NCBI GenBank assembly: GCA_964035545.1 | Contig: OZ037769.1 | Span: 12,926,633-12,990,632, forward strand | Direction of reading: 5' to 3' | DNA length: 64,000 nt | Origin: Bugula neritina | Lineage: Eukaryota > Animalia > Bryozoa | Part shown: positions 13,119-29,720 of the stretch, piece after piece | How positions within the stretch are numbered: position 1 is the first letter of the stretch | How the letters are laid out: every line of letters begins with the position of its first letter | Position numbers and translations under genes: made by a program | The notes under the pieces: model-generated | Databases searched by the model: none | Told to the model about the DNA's origin: nothing | What the model saw: only the letters and a program-made list of their open reading frames with translations

Positions 13119-16100
13119 ATGGATTGGCAAAAAGAATCATCTGATGCATTGGTATGTTATAGCTACAATATTAATAGCAAATTATACTATTACCGTGACT
13201 GTTAATTTGAATATATTGCTAGTTTGAATTTGAGTTAGTAGCTTAAAATAAAGTTAGCTGGTTTTAATTCATGTTATTTTATTTTAGAGTGTTGAGTATA
13301 GATATTTCCTGCTGTATGTGTTTAATATTTTCTCTAAAGGAGGGTCTCAGTTTGTAAGTTCTGAAAATTTGATTAACTTGAATACATGAAGAATTTATTT
13401 ATCACTTTAACATATAGCTACTCAGGTTAGCATTTCACATATTATTAATGACTAAAGCTAATGAATAGTAATGCCTAGATAGCTCTTTGTAAGTTTTGCA
13501 AGGTTTATGCCAACGTCATTCGTCACTAAATCATGTAAAGCTGCCTACGGCATCATACAATGTTGCTTGCTTTTCAGACAGCAGAGTTCCGATGGATACT
13601 AGAGGAGGAATCACTACGAACTCTGAAGGATATTAAAGATATTCTAGTGGAATGTTCCAGAAGATATCCCCTTCACCTAACTCTTGAACATACTGGAGTG
13701 GATAATCTTATCAAACCAGACAAGTTTATCATTAGTAACATCTCAGAGTGAGTGCCGCTATGACTCATCATGCTGCAGAGTAAATTTTATGCATTCAGCT
13801 GCATTATATTCTATTTATTCTAGTGCAACTAAAGACTGACATATGTTTTTTTTAAAATTGGTTTGTTTAGCTTGGGGTTAAGACTAAAACTCTTGCAGTA
13901 CTTGCTCACTGAACGTATTAAAATGACCTGTCTCTCCACTATTGGACTGTTGGATCAGTTATTTATATTCAAACTACTATAAGTTGTATCAGGGTCGGCC
14001 TGGTAGTGTACTGGAATAACAATCTTTACACTGCTAAGCGAATTGGTGCTGCATTAGTTTTACCCTGCTCCTAGCATGTTGATTTCTTTATCATCTAACA
14101 TGTAGCTAAAATAATATAATATAATGTTTGTTTCTGTATCTAACTTTTTGTCCAACTGTTTTAGAAATGGTCACCACACGAATATCAAAGGAGTGGTAAC
14201 TTTAATGGGGGACAATATCTGCGAAGCTGTAAGCTCATTTCACGGTCATCTATTATATAGCTTGTAGTTATCTGCTCTCTGCTGAATAACCGATATAGTT
14301 AGACAACTCCAAATAAGTGTCAAAAGACACGCCATCATGCATGTTAATAAAATATGCTCATGCATATTACTCCCTGTTAGTTTATTATTTTATTGAACCA
14401 TAGCTTTTTTCATCAAGCTAATTGTTCCATGAAAACTTTATTTCAAACTGTTTTCAGCCTTCCAAATTTTTCTGAAAATTTTCCTAATATATGGCATTCA
14501 ATAGAAAACTTTCTAAAATGAATAATTAAATTATCATGAATTGATGAATTTTTACAAGTGTTAAATCATTAATTACATATTAACATGTCATGTTAGATTT
14601 AGACCTGTGTTGTTATGTTAATCTATTGTTCTGCCTGTCTCCAGGATATCAACGTGAGAGTTCCCAGTGTGAAGGGACACCACAGCTCTGGTCTCATGAG
14701 AACCACCATTCAACCTGATAACTGCTGGAAGTTGCAGCAGGTACGGCTGGTGTCAAACCCCCCCCCCCACCTTGAATTCCATTCTCTTAGGCTATTTCTG
14801 CCATCTAGTTCTTTAGGAAACATTGCGATATTTGAAACATTTGCTTTCATTAGCTCCATTTTAGTGATAGCTAAAGGACATCACTCTATTGCATTATGTC
14901 GTGCATCAAGTGCTGGCCTTGTTTAAATGAAGGTATATAAAAAACCTTTCATGCTGACTCAGCACTTGAATGTTGAATGCACCGGAATAGTGTTTTGCTG
15001 TCGGTTAAATGCTGACTATTTACCAACAAGTTGCAGAGTTCATGTGTTTATTACATCTTGTATTTCTCCCGAGCTATGCTCTTTAAATAGATCATATCCG
15101 TGGTGATTTTTAATTCAAAAACTGAAACTTTTTTGATATACTTCAATATTTGAAGTGCCATGTAGCAGGTGAATTCACAGTAAAGAAGTCAGCACCTACA
15201 TTTGGGTTTCACTCTGTCCTATTATTATGTTAACAGCTTATGGTTCATTTGCACCTCCCGAATTTATATAGTGTTACCAATATAATCACTATGGTGTTAA
15301 AACAGACTTTAGGAGAATGAGAATACTAGTTTTGTAGAGATTATCTGATTATTTTGAGTGATTTTAGCTATATATAGCAGGTTCCCATTGTCAAGGCATA
15401 TAGCAGGTGCTTTCTGTGGCAGCTTGTAGCAGGTGCTTGCTGTCACAGAATCTAGCAGATTCTTGCTGTCACAGAATCTAGCAGGTTCTTGCTGTGGCAT
15501 GTACCACAGTTTAACTAATACTACACCAAAGCGCATGTCTTTAGCTAGCTCTACAGCTGTGTTATACTTACCACAATTTGAGGTGTTGTTTTCTCTCTGG
15601 TTGCAGCTGCAGGACGCTGGCAACTACCTGTCTCAGGCTCTCACCCAGGTCAACAAGAGACTGGACATGGGTGCCTTCACATCTGGTCAGCAGTGCATAC
15701 TCGTGAGTTTATACTTGTTTGTTTGCTTTCTATTTTTTGCTGCAGTTTCAGTATCTTAACTATTATGTTAACAGATTTTTTTACTAAAACTTATAAAAAC
15801 TCATGAAAGTTTATAGTCACTATTCATGTCAGAACCCCTGATGGAAAGGGTTTTTTAAAAGCAGGCTAAATATATATTCATATGTGGCACAGGAGCAATT
15901 ATGACTGGATGCTCTTCCTAACATCACCAATGACCTTTACTGGGGTTCGAACCCATGTCTTCGGGCTTACTAAGCCAGTGCTTTTACCCCTAAACCACGG
16001 CTATAATCACATGAATTTAAATTGAACATAGTATGATATATAAAAGTTGGCTCATTGATAATATTTCCTTTTAACTTCATGTTGTAATTATTCCATACCA

Positions 16101-19100
16101 TGACTTGCAGTTGCTGAACAACCTAATATCTGCACTGAGTAATGGTAGAGGTTGTATGGTGATTCCAAAGAGGAAGACCATAGATGACCTGCGAAGAAGT
16201 ATTAATGTGGTAAGTACACCCTCTCCTCTCCCCCTCTCATTCCTCTCCCCCCCTTCCTCCACCCTTCTTACCCCTTTTTCCTCTTTCTTCCCCCAGCTCT
16301 CCTCCACTCCTCCCCATATACTTTCTCACCCACTCTCCTACCCCTGCGACAAGTACGCCCTGAACGTTACTCTACATTAGAAGTATCAATGTGGTGGTTA
16401 CTCTTTAGTTATAGACTATAAACATTGATGTGTGGCAATAGTAACATATAGCCAACTCTCTGTTTATAGAAAGCCCTGAACCCTCCTCTGGCACCGGAAG
16501 TTGCTGTCAGTTTCTATGTCCATGCCACCAAACTGGTGTTTGCTCTCTACCATGTCAGCACTCCCTCGCACAAGCACCGCCTTGAGATTACAGACAGATT
16601 TCAGGTAAGCAAAATTATTTCTCTCAACTACTCATGGCTTGTGTGCCTTTACTGGCTGCAGCGCTATTTCATCATAGGGTCTTATCAATGTTATCCGGTT
16701 CCAACTTCATATAGTTTCTCTCTGTTTTATATTAAGGCAAACAACTCTGCTAAATCTGACTGCATACATATATTCTGCTCTGTAGTCTGTGTGTATCTAG
16801 GACACTTCCTGTCTCAACTCTACTACATCTGACTATATCTGTATATTCTGCTCTCTGGTCTGTGTGTATCTAGGTCACTTTCTGCCTCAACTCTACTACA
16901 TCTGACTATATCTGTATATTCTGCTCTCTGGTCTGTGTGTATCTAGGTCACTTCCTGTCTCAACTCTACTACATCTGACTATATCTGTATATTCTGCTCT
17001 CTGGTCTGTGTGTATCTAGGTCACTTTCTGCCTCAACTCTACTACATCTGACTATATCTGTATATTCTGCTCTCTGGTCTGTGTGTATCTAGGTCACTTC
17101 CTGTCTCAACTCTACTACATCTGACTATATCTGTATATTCTGCTCTCTGGTCTGTGTGTATCTAGGTCACTTCCTGTCTCAACTCTACTACATCTGACTA
17201 TATTTGTATATTCTGCTCTCTGGTCTGTGTGTATCTAGGTCACTTCCTGTCTCAACTCTACTACATCTGACTATATTTGTATATTCTGCTCTCCGGTCTG
17301 TGTGTATCTAGGTCACTTCCTGTCTCTCCACTCTACTACATCTGACTATATTTGTATATCCTACTCTCTAGTCTGTGTGTATCTAGGTCACTCCCTGTCA
17401 CCTGACTATAAATATTGAACTGTTTCAGGCCGAGGTATCTGTGCCATGGTTTAGTGACGTCATAGTGATGTTCACTGCAGCCCTTCAACAGTGTCAGCAG
17501 CTCAAAGACAAGGTATCATCTCAAGCATATTATAATTGTTTTACCTTTTAATTACAAATGATAACACAGTTTAGACCCAACTAAAATTTCTAACCACATG
17601 CAGCAGAATTTCGCCTGCGAAGTCTCATGGAAAATTTGTTGCCACACGAAATACTTTGTCAGCGGTGGGTCGTGAAAACTGACTAACCAGTTGTGTTTAT
17701 CACTGGCTTTACTCTACCCATGTTTATTACATTTTTAAATTCCACTGGATAATCTTGACAATGCCCAATTGATTGAAATACCAACGTGAAACTGAACTCT
17801 GAATAGTAGGTCGTTGAATAATTCTCAGCCAATTAGATCACTACCGCAATCACTTTTTGGTGGTATTTGTTCAGTATTTTGACCACATAAATTCCTAGTT
17901 TGCTGTCTGTTGAATTTTTGCTTGCGGTACGTATGTGGCAGCACCTTCAGAATGCTCTTCCCAACCCTTGGTACTAACTGGTATAAGGTCAGAAGTTACA
18001 AATGACGGTTATCTTCTCTTTTATATGCTAGTGGGAGAAGCTACCTCAACACATGGGTATTTAATAATGCATAAACTGCAATCACACCATGTTCGTGGGC
18101 GAAGATATTGCTTCGATGCTATTGACTGAAGTTCTAACACAACTCAGTGAAAATACAAGCCATATTTATATTGCATAAAGTATTGTAGTATTGTTCTAAA
18201 ATTTCTAAAGACCTCAATAAATTTAACTGGACGAAAACTTAAGCAATGCGAAAGTTTTTGCTCGCTTAATGAATGCAAGAACGAAGTTGTCGGATTCTAT
18301 GGGTTTATTCACTTGCTTTTTCATTAATGGCGTTTTTCCAACATCAGCTCACAAATATTTTTGAGTTACAATTATGGATTGTGTAATGTTTGATATATTG
18401 GATCAGCAGTATTAGCAATACTCATTCATAGTTATGTGAGCACACTTGAGTAGAACTGATACTCTCGAAATACTCTCACTGGTGCTGGAACTTGAAAAAT
18501 CAAAACTACTTCATGCTACTTGAACTAAAACCCAAGTAGAAATCCCTATTTAGCCATGACTTGGCCCTGTGTCACAATGCTATGCTGAAGAGGTTTTAAA
18601 ATTTACTGTAGCCAATACTTGTGCTAGATTTTTATTATTATATTCAAACTTTCTTAGTGTAATATTCAAACTGCTAATTCATGATAATATACGTTACAAT
18701 GTTTGAAACCTGTAGGTACTAGAATTTTAACCTATTCCATATGTGGAATAAAATACCAATCTTTTGTATTGGAAATTTAATTTCCCTGCGCTTCGTATCT
18801 TGTTTATTTTTGCATCAGCAATGTTTTAGAGAATTTTATATATAAATAAAATGTTTGACATAAAAGTTATATATTTAGAATTACGAGTATATAATATATA
18901 TTTTAATGGATGAAGTGCATGTTAACCGATAAAATAGAACTGATTTTTGTTATGCAATTTATTTCTGTGTTATCAATGATCAAAAATATAATAATGGAAG
19001 TTATATAAAATATATATTTGTAAGCTGATTGCAATGAAGCTTTGCATAAAATTTGAAAAACTTAAAATATTTTCTAGGTGAGTGTGTTCGCTCAATATCG

Positions 19101-19188
19101 GGACGCTCCTCCTGACACCCTTGTTCCCAGGACGGATAAACAGCAAGCTAAAAGAACCAACACTAAACAGGAAGTCATAATTGTCTAA
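13119..19188 (+). CDS. ROGDI: Protein rogdi homolog (leucine-zipper-like; Rav2-like Rabconnectin-3 subunit), about 295 aa, 9 coding exons
   Basis: Exons 13119-13151, 13578-13747 (EFRWILEEE..LKDIKDIL.EC), 14165-14228 (KGVVTLMGDNICEA), 14645-14740 (WKLQQ), 15607-15702 (LQDAGNYL), 16111-16209, 16470-16604 (PPLAPEVAVSFYVHATKLV), 17429-17512 (VPWFSDV..ALQQCQQLKDK), 19078-19188. The total is 888 nt in frame. AATAAA is at 19711. Confidence 0.92.
15798..16003 (-). mobile_element. tRNA-derived SINE copy (rogdi intron)
   Basis: The reverse complement matches the 41093 copy: B-box GGTTCGAACCC, core ggtgatgttaggaagagcatccagtcataattgctcctgtgcc and tail gtgactataaact. Confidence 0.85.
16756..17410. repeat. 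73-bp tandem repeat, about 9 copies, in rogdi intron 7
   Basis: The unit ctgactatatctgtatattctgctctctggtctgtgtgtatctaggtcacttcctgtctcaactctactacat starts at 16756, 16829, 16902, 16975, 17048, 17121 and onward. Confidence 0.95.
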
Positions 19189-21169
19189 CAGTGAGTGAGT
19201 GTTTGCCTTTGCATCAGTGAGATGTGCTTATTGATCGGCAGCGTGACAGCGGCAGTGGAGACTCACAGTCCGTGAATAATACATGCTGGATGCTGCCAAG
19301 GATTATGGGACTCTTATGACACTCAATTCTGATGATTTAGTTTCCATAGTATATTTTTCATTATGCTGACAAGACATAATTTATTTCTCTGAACACAGCA
19401 TTCAGTTCTGTGATGACATTACATTTACTCCTCCCACACAGCCTTAGAGTAGTTGCAATACACGTGAAAAAGCGTTTCATTATTTATGGTCCCCTCACCT
19501 CCCCCCCCCTCGTGCAAAAAACGTCATAATGATTAGGATGTAGAGTTGTCATAAGTTTTATCAATTCTGATCAGCCTATTGCAGTATTTCAAACTGCATT
19601 GTAATTTTTATTTTAGTATCTTTTATAGCTTTAAGGTAACATGATTACAGGTGCAATATGAATGTAATGTAATTATTACACAATTATGATATTGTTTTTG
19701 CATTCCATCTAATAAATATATTTCTCACCAACTTTTATGAAATTAGTCTTGTAGAATTCCTTAACTATATATGCCTATTATTCTAATCTCTATACTTTTA
19801 TTTATATATTTAGAAAAACATTTGTATCGATGAGTTTCAAAAGCAAAAATTGTTATTAATGAAATTAGAAGCATCAGTAGGATCTCTGTTACGTTTACCT
19901 GCTTACTAATCATTCTATAAATAGTTTTGATGTTTATTATTACTTTCTAGGGCCTACACCTTCCCTTTGTCCCACGCTAGTTGCTATTTCAAACAGGATG
20001 TTTCATAATTGTTGTAAACAACAATTTTATCGGATAGAAACTAAAATGTAAGCAAATAGTATGATGCACATAATTCTAAAACAATACTTGTACATGATAC
20101 TTAATAACGCATGATATTATGAATGCTTGCTGACAAACATTGACTCCCACATGTAATTGCTCTAATAGACAGCAAACTGTTTCAATAACTATTAATTTTT
20201 ATTGAATTTGTGTCACAGTATTTGCTTAGGCAAGAGGCTATTTATATATCAGTCATCTTTACAAACGCTTTAGAAAATGATACTAATAAATGGGTAACGG
20301 AGAAAATACCCAAGGAAACATGAGTAATCGATGCAACTCCAGTTATAGCTCAGAAAGGACCATGTAGAACTCGGCCATTATCAGAGATACATGTGCCAAC
20401 TGTATCATTTCCCCATTATATAATTATAATTATGATATATATATAATTATAATTATATAACTAATTATATAAAAAAAGTCTGCAAGTTAAGCTACACAAT
20501 GCACAACTTTTCTTGAGTGCATGATCTAATCTAATATATAAGTTAGGTTTTTGAACTTCAGGTTTATTTCATAATATTTCTAAATTGAAAGTTTGAAAAC
20601 TGCACGCAAAATTAAAAATTGCATGCCTGCAAGTTTATCCTGGAAAGGCTTTTCTGCAACGCATGCAGCAGTTGCTGATTAGAATTCCATACCACTGTTC
20701 ACCTAAAATAAAGGTTATTTATCTAGGGGTTGGGTAGCTATGTAACACTTCTAGACTTGGCACAAGGGAGACATCAGGTGTATATACTGAAGCTTCAGGC
20801 TATCAGAGGGGAACTGTATGTCTTGTAGAATATAAAGTATTGCATGTGCGTTTGATAGTTTAGCTGGTCCAGTTTGTATCCAGTGCAAAACTGACCGATG
20901 GCAAACTTATTTAATATCTCGAAATTACAAATTATATTTTTAGAATGATTGCTATAAAATATAAATGTAAGGCAGTACTGTACTGGGTGACTACTATTAA
21001 ATAATAGTATTATGAAATCTGCTAGCGAAGTAACGCTGACTTTTAGCATTTTGAACTACATTATAATTATATTATATAAAAGTAATAATTTAAAATATGA
21101 TCCTACATGTATATAGTTAATTAAATTGCCAGTCAGATAATGCATTATGTAAAATTATGTTTATAAACA

Positions 21170-21646
<477 letters not shown>

Positions 21647-22158
21647 GTTCTGCATAATACTACATAGCCAGAACATTAATTTACGCCATTACGCCTGCTC
21701 ATCATTAAGTGTGGCACACACTTTATTCTAGCACTTAGAGCTCTCTGCTGATTCGCTGGTAATGTGCCATGTATACTATTTTATACACAATTCTAAAACA
21801 TTTATAGTATAATCATAGTGACATTTTAATTTTCTGAAGGACATCAAGCCCCATATAGATCTTGTTACACATTATTCAAACATGATATATATTGATTTAT
21901 TTAATGCAATGTTGACAAACTGTTGTTGATTTCCCATTATTATTATGCTTTGTGATTAAAGTTAATTGTATTACCAGAGCAAGATGTGGCACCTGCATGC
22001 AGCAGATAGTATATTGTAGGCAGATGAACTTCCTTGGGGATATCATGATATCAATAATATTTAATTGACATTGAGGCTTTCTTGAAACATTGACTCCTGT
22101 TTTCATGTTGTTAACTAGAATGTCCAGCCATGCTCTATATATAATATATATTATATAA

Positions 22159-22304
22159 CGTGTGGTATGTGTGTGTGTGGTGTGTGTGTGGTGTGTGTAG
22201 GGTGTGCGTGTGGTGTGTGTGTGGTGTGTGTAGGGTGTGCGTGTGGTGTGTGTGTGGTGTGCATGCAGTGTGCGTGTGGTGTGCGTGTGGTGTGTGTGTG
22301 TGTG
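22159..22304. repeat. (GT/GGT)-rich compound microsatellite
   Basis: Visible gtgtgtgg units with a higher-order repeat. Confidence 0.9.
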
Positions 22305-22645
22305 CTAGTTACATTACTTTTGCTGAAGATTCTGCTGTTAAAGCTTATACCAATCAAACCTGAGCAGAGATAATCAATTGCTGTTGCTCTAATATATATC
22401 AACAATTATATGTACAACTTTTGTCGTTTTAAATATTATATTTAATATGTATGAAAACTTATTATTTTGTCTGTCTATAAAATGCAACATTGCCATTATT
22501 TTATGTACAAATATATTATTTGGTTGTAGATCAATTCTTGCTAAAATGAAAATAAATAACATATGATTTGTTCTTGTTATTTCCATATTTAATATACACC
22601 TGAACTAAAAACTATGTTATGTATTTAACTTTCCATTTTAAATGT

Positions 22646-22830
22646 GGGTCATTTTACTTAATTTAGTACACGCTGGAAATCTCCAGCTTTTAGCTATTGT
22701 TTACAATTTAGCTGCTAATGAACATGGGTTTTTGACATAAACGAGTAAAATATCAATAAATACACTTAAATAATCGAGGTTCTTTTTAATTTTTCCTAAT
22801 TTCTCATGTTTTTCCTAATTATTCAGCTAC
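22646..22830. mobile_element. Diverged, partial second copy of the 5221-5488 MITE family (inverted)
   Basis: It begins gggtcattttactta and aligns by eye to the reverse complement of the right part of the 5221 element. The second TIR is not seen. Confidence 0.65.
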
Positions 22831-23499
22831 TTTTGATTGCGAACCGTTACAATTTGTTTCATAGCGGTCCGATATCCAAGTTAGCTAAATAAATAGGAAA
22901 AAACATGGGAAATTTCTATTTTAAATGTTGAAATTAATTTACAGATGTTAGACTTGAATTTCTCTCACAAGATGTTGAACAAATATGCAGACAAATTAGT
23001 AGCAAATCCTGCTCTAAGTACTTTGCGCCATACTAAACACGCTAATTAATAAGAAATCAAATAAAATCTTAGACTAAATCCTTACAACTGTCAACACTTG
23101 TGTGATATTATTATATGTTTCATCTGGGAGCATGGGAAATATTATCATATATGACATGTTCAGAAACGCAATTATGTCTGATCTAGCTCATGATACGTAT
23201 ATTACATATTTCATTGTCATAGAGAATCTCAACAAGAATTTTTACAATTCATTCATTAAATTCATGACTACTGTTGAGTCAAGTTTGTACAACATGCCTT
23301 TACAAACCAGCATTCAATATAAATTGAATCTGTTTCTTACACTCAGCATCATTTCACCATATTCTTTTCTTAGAAAAATGTAATATTTTTTCAATAAAAA
23401 TCACTTTTGTCTCAATAATTCTCATACGCCTAGATATTTTTATAGGGTGTGGTAATTTGTAATCTGATTAGTTATCAGGCAATGCTGGAAAGACAGCAA

Positions 23500-23696
23500 T
23501 TCTAATTGGCTAAAGAGACATCACTAAGCAGTCTAATTATAATATACATTTGTATATATAAACATCGGAGATATGTTTATATATCAATACATTATAGAAT
23601 TGATAGGTTTATAATACGTACTGCTTGGCACCACTGCTTTGATTCCAGCAATTTTGAAGGAAAAGCCTTCCATATATTATACAACTACCACTCAAG
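23500..23696 (+). promoter_or_regulatory. Putative TATA promoter and non-coding first exon of the neuropeptide gene
   Basis: attgg at about 23505, TATATAAA at 23555-23562, donor AAG|GTATGG at 23696/23697 and acceptor ttacag at 24108 upstream of the ATG. Confidence 0.5.
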
Positions 23697-24137
23697 GTAT
23701 GGGTAATTTAATTAGTTTTAATGAAATACATTACCTAAAACTAGCATATTATTTTATGTCATCAGCACGTTTTAGTTTCAAGGCTAAGCTGATTTTTAAG
23801 TCTTGTATCACGTCAACAGCTCGATAAAAATATTATTTGTGGAAAATTGGTTGCTTTGAATTGGTTGTTCTGATGTTTTTCAAAACAAATTTTCCTTATA
23901 CCATGCAAATACTAGTAGATGCCTGAGTTGTGTATCACAGCTTTATAATGTTCAGTTTTTTGAAATCATAGTTCTAAATATGTATAACATGTGATTCCTG
24001 TACTTTTCTCAGTGCTCCGCAACACATCGCAAACCGTTCACTATTCATATGTATGTCTACCCATCAAAAACAAAAATATAGAAATGGATTCACTATTCTT
24101 CTTTACAGATATAACCTTAACAGCTGAAAGAGAAACT

Positions 24138-24452
24138 ATGGTTACTGTATTGTACCAATTATCTGCTCTGCTCATTCTCGGCTCTGTTGTGTTGGCTTTC
24201 CCTGTTTATCCGCTCACTCCTAGAGAAGTAGGTCCTTTTCCCAGAGAGATACCAAGCCTTCCCAGAGGAATGGCAGGTGCAAGACTATCTCTGTTGGATC
24301 AAATAAAAGCAAGATATCCAGAGCTTTTCGGTTTTGAACGTGGACAGGCAAAAAACTGGGCTTCAAGGGAAATTGTTGGAAGACAGAATTTTCAAACGCA
24401 GAATCTCAAACGATTTTATGATGACGGTACTTTCCACGGCTTTGGAAGATGA
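24138..24452 (+). CDS. Secreted neuropeptide/prohormone precursor (104 aa); predicted mature FYDDGTFHGF-amide
   Basis: Hydrophobic signal peptide MVTVLYQLSALLILGSVVLA and a C-terminal KR-FYDDGTFHGF-G-R-stop (dibasic cleavage site plus Gly amide donor). It has a single coding exon and AATAAA at 24675 and 24742. Confidence 0.8.
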   Translation: MVTVLYQLSALLILGSVVLAFPVYPLTPREVGPFPREIPSLPRGMAGARLSLLDQIKARYPELFGFERGQAKNWASREIVGRQNFQTQNLKRFYDDGTFHGFGR

Positions 24453-25745
24453 ATGGCAAAAATGTTAGGAAAGACCTTTGAAAACTAAAGGCACAAAACC
24501 ATGCAGTACCATGGATACTTGGAAAGAATGCATGGGATGCACCATGTATTCTAGTCTTAGTAGTCCTAAGCTCATTTCATCTGTAGCTGCTATTTTTGAA
24601 CAAATTAAATGTTTGATATTAAAATATATTTAAAATATTAAAAGGTGCTTAAAAACTAATATATTTTGCAATTTAATAAACTTGTCTCCTGGATGTTCAC
24701 TGTTTGAAAGGTGTAATTACTAATAATTTAGTAATAGTTTGAATAAATAGATATTATTATAATCAAATTAGCAATGTTATTCATCACCACAATATTGTGA
24801 TTAGTAGCAAATTGCTAGTTACAAATCATGAAGCTTTATATTTCTTTAGCATCAAGGTGTGGCTACAGCTATTAGAGATGGTCAGAAATTTTGGATTTTC
24901 AGCCAGCAAACTTACCACCCCCTCCCCCTCCTTTCTCCACTAAACACAATATGCATTGCTTACACCTTAGTTGATATATGATATAAACGCATGAACAGCT
25001 CAAGACACTATAAATATCATCAACGATTTGTAATATAGATTTATTGAACATTATATTCTATAGTAGGAGAAACTGGAGATGGAAAGTTCACATAATATGT
25101 GTGTCAGGCTGATTAAAATTACAAATAATGATTTAGTTACAATATAAGATTTCATCTAAAGCAAAAAAACTTCAGCATTATTACAACAAAACATATTTTT
25201 ACAATTACAAAAACATTTATCTATAAGCATTTGTATACAAATATAATGTAAAAGATGGACATGAAAGACATAATGAAAGACATGAGTGTTGGTAAACTGA
25301 GTTCAACAGCCAACTAAACTTTCTAGACAGCTAGACTGGCATGTCAACTACAGGGTGTGTAGTACAGGAGTTATGTAATAATTTCAACAACTAATAGATA
25401 TGTTATCAATGAATTGTAAAACTGCCGTTTTAAAGAAAACATAACAGGAAAAAGGTAAAATTACTGACCAAAAAAGATTAGACGCATTTTAAAATGCAGT
25501 AAAATAAGTCAGTACTTTCACTCCTACAATAATCAACCTAGCTACTAGTGTTAATAAAGTTTGTCAGTGAATGCCAAGCTTTAGAGAAGCTTTATGATGA
25601 TTAGTTTTGTTAATAGAAACTAATAAAATCATGTGACTGAGAAGAATATGAAATACTAAACAGCTTTTCCACACATCATAAATCAACATGATTGCTTAGT
25701 AAGAGCTTTTGATTCTCCTTGTACAAGTGGAACTGTTGATATAGG

Positions 25746-29309
<3,564 letters not shown>

Positions 29310-29720
29310 TTGGTACGCCAATCCAACTAATACAGCGAGAAGAGCAGTAAAATAAGATGTTATACACGTGATTGTGTTTTGAAAAAAAAGTCTGGCGATA
29401 GTGAACACAATCGGTCATATACATACGGCAGAACGAAAGTGTTTTGCAGTAATCGTTTATAAAATTAATTAAAAAAATTACTGATGTTTAAACTAAAATA
29501 AAAAACTTTTTCTAAAAAATAGAATATATTCATAATAAAAGCATTTTACATAAAGCTAATTTACTGCAGCCGTGCTTTATGGAGGAAAACTCCAAATCTA
29601 AAATATGTAGCTATGATAATAGTTCTAAGTAGGAGGCTGCTATGTACAGCTAATTTCGTACTAGGTTTGATTGGCTAATGTCAGTGTCGCTGCTCACTGT
29701 GATTCGTTGTTTTTAGATCA
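29310..29720. promoter_or_regulatory. Putative shared (head-to-head) promoter region of IDI1 and LIAS
   Basis: Divergent gene orientation, local CpG enrichment and a CCAAT box (gattgg near 29669). The transcription start sites cannot be determined. Confidence 0.4.

Noticed and set aside
16756-17410. CRISPR-like array
   Set aside because: The units are contiguous near-identical 73-mers with no unique spacers, in a eukaryotic intron with no cas genes.
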